The notes beneath the pieces were generated by a model. The model had not been told where the DNA came from. It did not search any database and saw only the letters and a list, made by a program, of their open reading frames with translations. Positions 63,701 through 64,000 of a stretch of 64,000 nt of DNA are shown here, piece after piece. The translations under genes and the position numbers were made by a program. The first letter of the stretch is position 1; every line of letters starts with the position of its first letter. Source of the DNA: Styela clava (Eukaryota); NCBI RefSeq assembly GCF_964204865.1, contig NC_135263.1, forward strand, positions 6,448,001-6,512,000. Reading direction: 5' to 3'.

Positions 63701-63995
63701 ATTGAAATACATTCCACCTCTTCACCAGACCATGTACCATCAGCCATGCATAATTTTGTCACACTGCCAATTAAAGTTGAACTTTGTTCCTTTTTAGTTT
63801 TACACCGATTCACCAGAGCCGTAGAGTTTTCATTATTATTTAAGCCGTCGTTGTAACAAGATACATCAACAATGTCTATTCCAAAACCAATTTCACATTC
63901 AAGTCTACAAATTGCACCTTCAGTTTGTTCTTCAGTAAAACAAGATGCTGGAGAAGCAAAAGCATGAGACATTGGACTAATATTAGAGCAGATAC
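39579..63995 (-). CDS. Large mosaic protein, 5'-partial: >=15 CCP/sushi + 3 ricin-B/CysR lectin-like + CUB + trypsin-like serine protease homolog (catalytic Ser->Asp)
   Basis: About 35 GT-AG exons that splice in frame by hand. Repeated C-x-F-x-C-x-x-G-[FY]-x-L-x-G...C...G-x-W...P-x-C sushi motifs; Q-x-W beta-trefoil motifs; CGG..SSPGFP..Y...CDW CUB; LVGG/PW/CG/AAHC/DIA protease motifs; TAG stop at 39581-39579. Confidence 0.88.
42048..42210 (+). mobile_element. tRNA-derived SINE family 2 copy
   Basis: atggcctagtggttaaag...agttcgaatcccatg...cacctcacccaaggtgtaa...atatcagtgg. Confidence 0.75.
43313..45011 (-). CDS. Mosaic gene: CUB domain (exons ~44909-45011, 43966-44118, 43313-43450)
   Basis: [31 protein letters not shown] | APGKKIYLWL...CTEDSLVIVDG...LGRIC | G...MLIRFFSNNDFVATGFSATW is a canonical CUB consensus. 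Confidence 0.92.
45730..47039 (-). CDS. Mosaic gene: ricin-B/CysR-like domain 3 (exons ~46970-47039, 46432-46627, 45730-45936)
   Basis: PFLIRQ...ICLQ | ASV...SCSKINLSQLWTWFNYKLIRSVSSNLCW...LAKCDLEDSGQ | VFTC...NSVC. Confidence 0.78.
47741..53588 (-). CDS. Mosaic gene: CCP modules 10-15
   Basis: Exons ~53480-53588, 53263-53372, 52464-52625, 51746-51965, 50959-51061, 50234-50387, 48212-48350, 47741-47945; e.g. ECSFQCEAGYHLSGSSLRKCKPSGVWDGVDTKC. Confidence 0.88.
48522..49729 (+). mobile_element. hAT (Charlie/Buster-type) deletion derivative with decayed transposase 3' end
   Basis: Left TIR CAGTGGTTCCCAACC; subterminal ccggtccgc repeats at both ends; right TIR largely deleted; TSD atctagaa / atctagga (7/8). 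Confidence 0.85.
49190..49412 (+). pseudogene. Degenerate hAT transposase C-terminal dimerization-domain fragment
   Basis: EYPSPGYRAIKLLSVF / CEKTFSSLDSIKTKQRNRLHAAEELRVAKTSLRPRL / KQQQNSH, with frameshifts and a stop; resembles the Buster/ZBED5-type CExxFSxLxxIKTKxRNRL motif. Confidence 0.8.
49837..50009. mobile_element. Small MITE-like inverted-repeat element
   Basis: tacattcgaaccca / tgggttcgaatgta 14-bp perfect inverted ends; internal repeated gaaccca and accctaaccc. Confidence 0.65.
51095..51385 (+). mobile_element. SINE family 1 copy, decayed
   Basis: cttgtcatcacacctc...aagtccatgcatctgaaacaa...aatatgaaaatcttat. Confidence 0.7.
52744..52977. mobile_element. Palindromic MITE with CCCTAACC motif (GGTACTCC TIR family)
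   Basis: Long imperfect TIRs ggtactcctgaagtacgtgaaccaagatg / catacttcgggagtacc; internal cctaaccctaacctggtacacatact; flanks ggtaattt / gttaattt. Confidence 0.85.
53815..55777 (-). CDS. Mosaic gene: ricin-B/CysR-like domain 2 (exons ~55577-55777, 54698-54793, 53815-53955)
   Basis: FQIIS...SLCVTV...KCMSTDASQLFKW...LQHVESGLCV | ITLQDCDSTNSFQLWDC | ETYYLDVG...HW; splices in frame. Confidence 0.78.
53985..54660 (+). mobile_element. Older SINE family 1 copy split by the young copy (head ~53985-54090, remainder ~54436-54660)
   Basis: The two halves are collinear with the young copy and together make one element. Confidence 0.78.
54092..54435 (+). mobile_element. tRNA-derived SINE family 1, full-length young copy
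   Basis: A box TGGCTCAACGGG, B box GGTTTGAATCC, body with caagtccatgc, tail ggataaatatgtaaatcctatcct; CpGs intact; many decayed relatives in the window. Confidence 0.88.
55940..56100 (+). mobile_element. SINE family 1, 3' fragment
   Basis: caagtctatgcgtctgaaac...gagaggctgtggttcg...ctgggataaatatggaaatcttatccta. Similar fragments at ~5210-5330, 25380-25870, 28470-28620, 50050-50190, 59575-59620, 60733-60842 and 62245-62430. Confidence 0.75.
56699..58518 (-). CDS. Mosaic gene: CCP modules 7-9 (exons ~58327-58518, 57396-57587, 56699-56866)
   Basis: One phase 1-1 exon per sushi module, e.g. ICIAKCLKGYEMRGNPERKCLANGEWSPLRFQC. Confidence 0.9.
56976..57152 (+). mobile_element. tRNA-derived SINE family 2
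   Basis: A box TGGCCTAGTGG, B box GGTTCAAATCC, then cacctcacc.a..gtgta...atatcagtgg; related copies at ~42048-42210, 3659-3812, 23730-23830. Confidence 0.75.
58867..60028 (-). CDS. Mosaic gene: ricin-B/CysR-like domain 1 (exons ~59858-60028, 59385-59557, 58867-58975)
   Basis: ICLTE...SC...HQWRWLQNYNIQ | ATGRCIAV...TRPCDTEDPLQWWEC... | ...SSLCSRRPG; same pattern as the N-terminal CysR domain of the mannose-receptor family. Confidence 0.75.
60344..63995 (-). CDS. Mosaic gene: CCP/sushi modules 1-6 (exons ~63667-63995, 62509-62778, 61951-62071, 61660-61846, 61093-61281, 60344-60551)
   Basis: For example [34 protein letters not shown] and AVCAFSCFDQYTLIGSVTTTCNATGIWSTPMPEC. Confidence 0.9.
63313..63508 (+). 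mobile_element. GGTACTCC-family MITE, asymmetric subfamily
   Basis: ggcgctccagaagtatgtgtacc...cctaaccctagcctggtacacataccacgggagtacc; closely similar to 27001-27215 and, reversed, 16426-16643. Confidence 0.85.
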
Positions 63996-64000
63996 CTGTA

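Overview
AT-rich, intron-dense eukaryotic (animal) genomic DNA. An invertebrate deuterostome such as an ascidian is my guess from the protein content and repeat landscape; the sequence does not prove it. Two large multi-exon genes lie in tandem on the minus strand. (1) PRKDC/DNA-PKcs: ATG at 37501, more than 50 short coding exons running to 146 and off the left edge (most of FAT, the kinase and FATC are outside the window). (2) An unnamed mosaic extracellular-type protein that enters from the right edge and stops at 39579. My manual splicing gives >=6 CCP(sushi) - ricin/CysR lectin - 3 CCP - ricin - 6 CCP - ricin - CUB - trypsin-like domain. That domain keeps the R|LVGG activation site, His and Asp, but has Asp in place of the catalytic Ser (GDDGS), so it is a predicted pseudoprotease; this is the best candidate for an undescribed system here. 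Introns hold two tRNA-derived SINE families (one copy nested in another), hAT elements with 8-bp TSDs (one with a decayed Buster/Charlie transposase C-terminus), palindromic MITEs with CCCTAA motifs, a solo LTR with a perfect 5-bp TSD, and a Penelope-type minimal hammerhead ribozyme motif inside a hairpin. The DNA-PKcs ABCDE and PQR autophosphorylation clusters have lost almost all S/T-Q sites. Exon boundaries were read by eye and may be off by a few nt.
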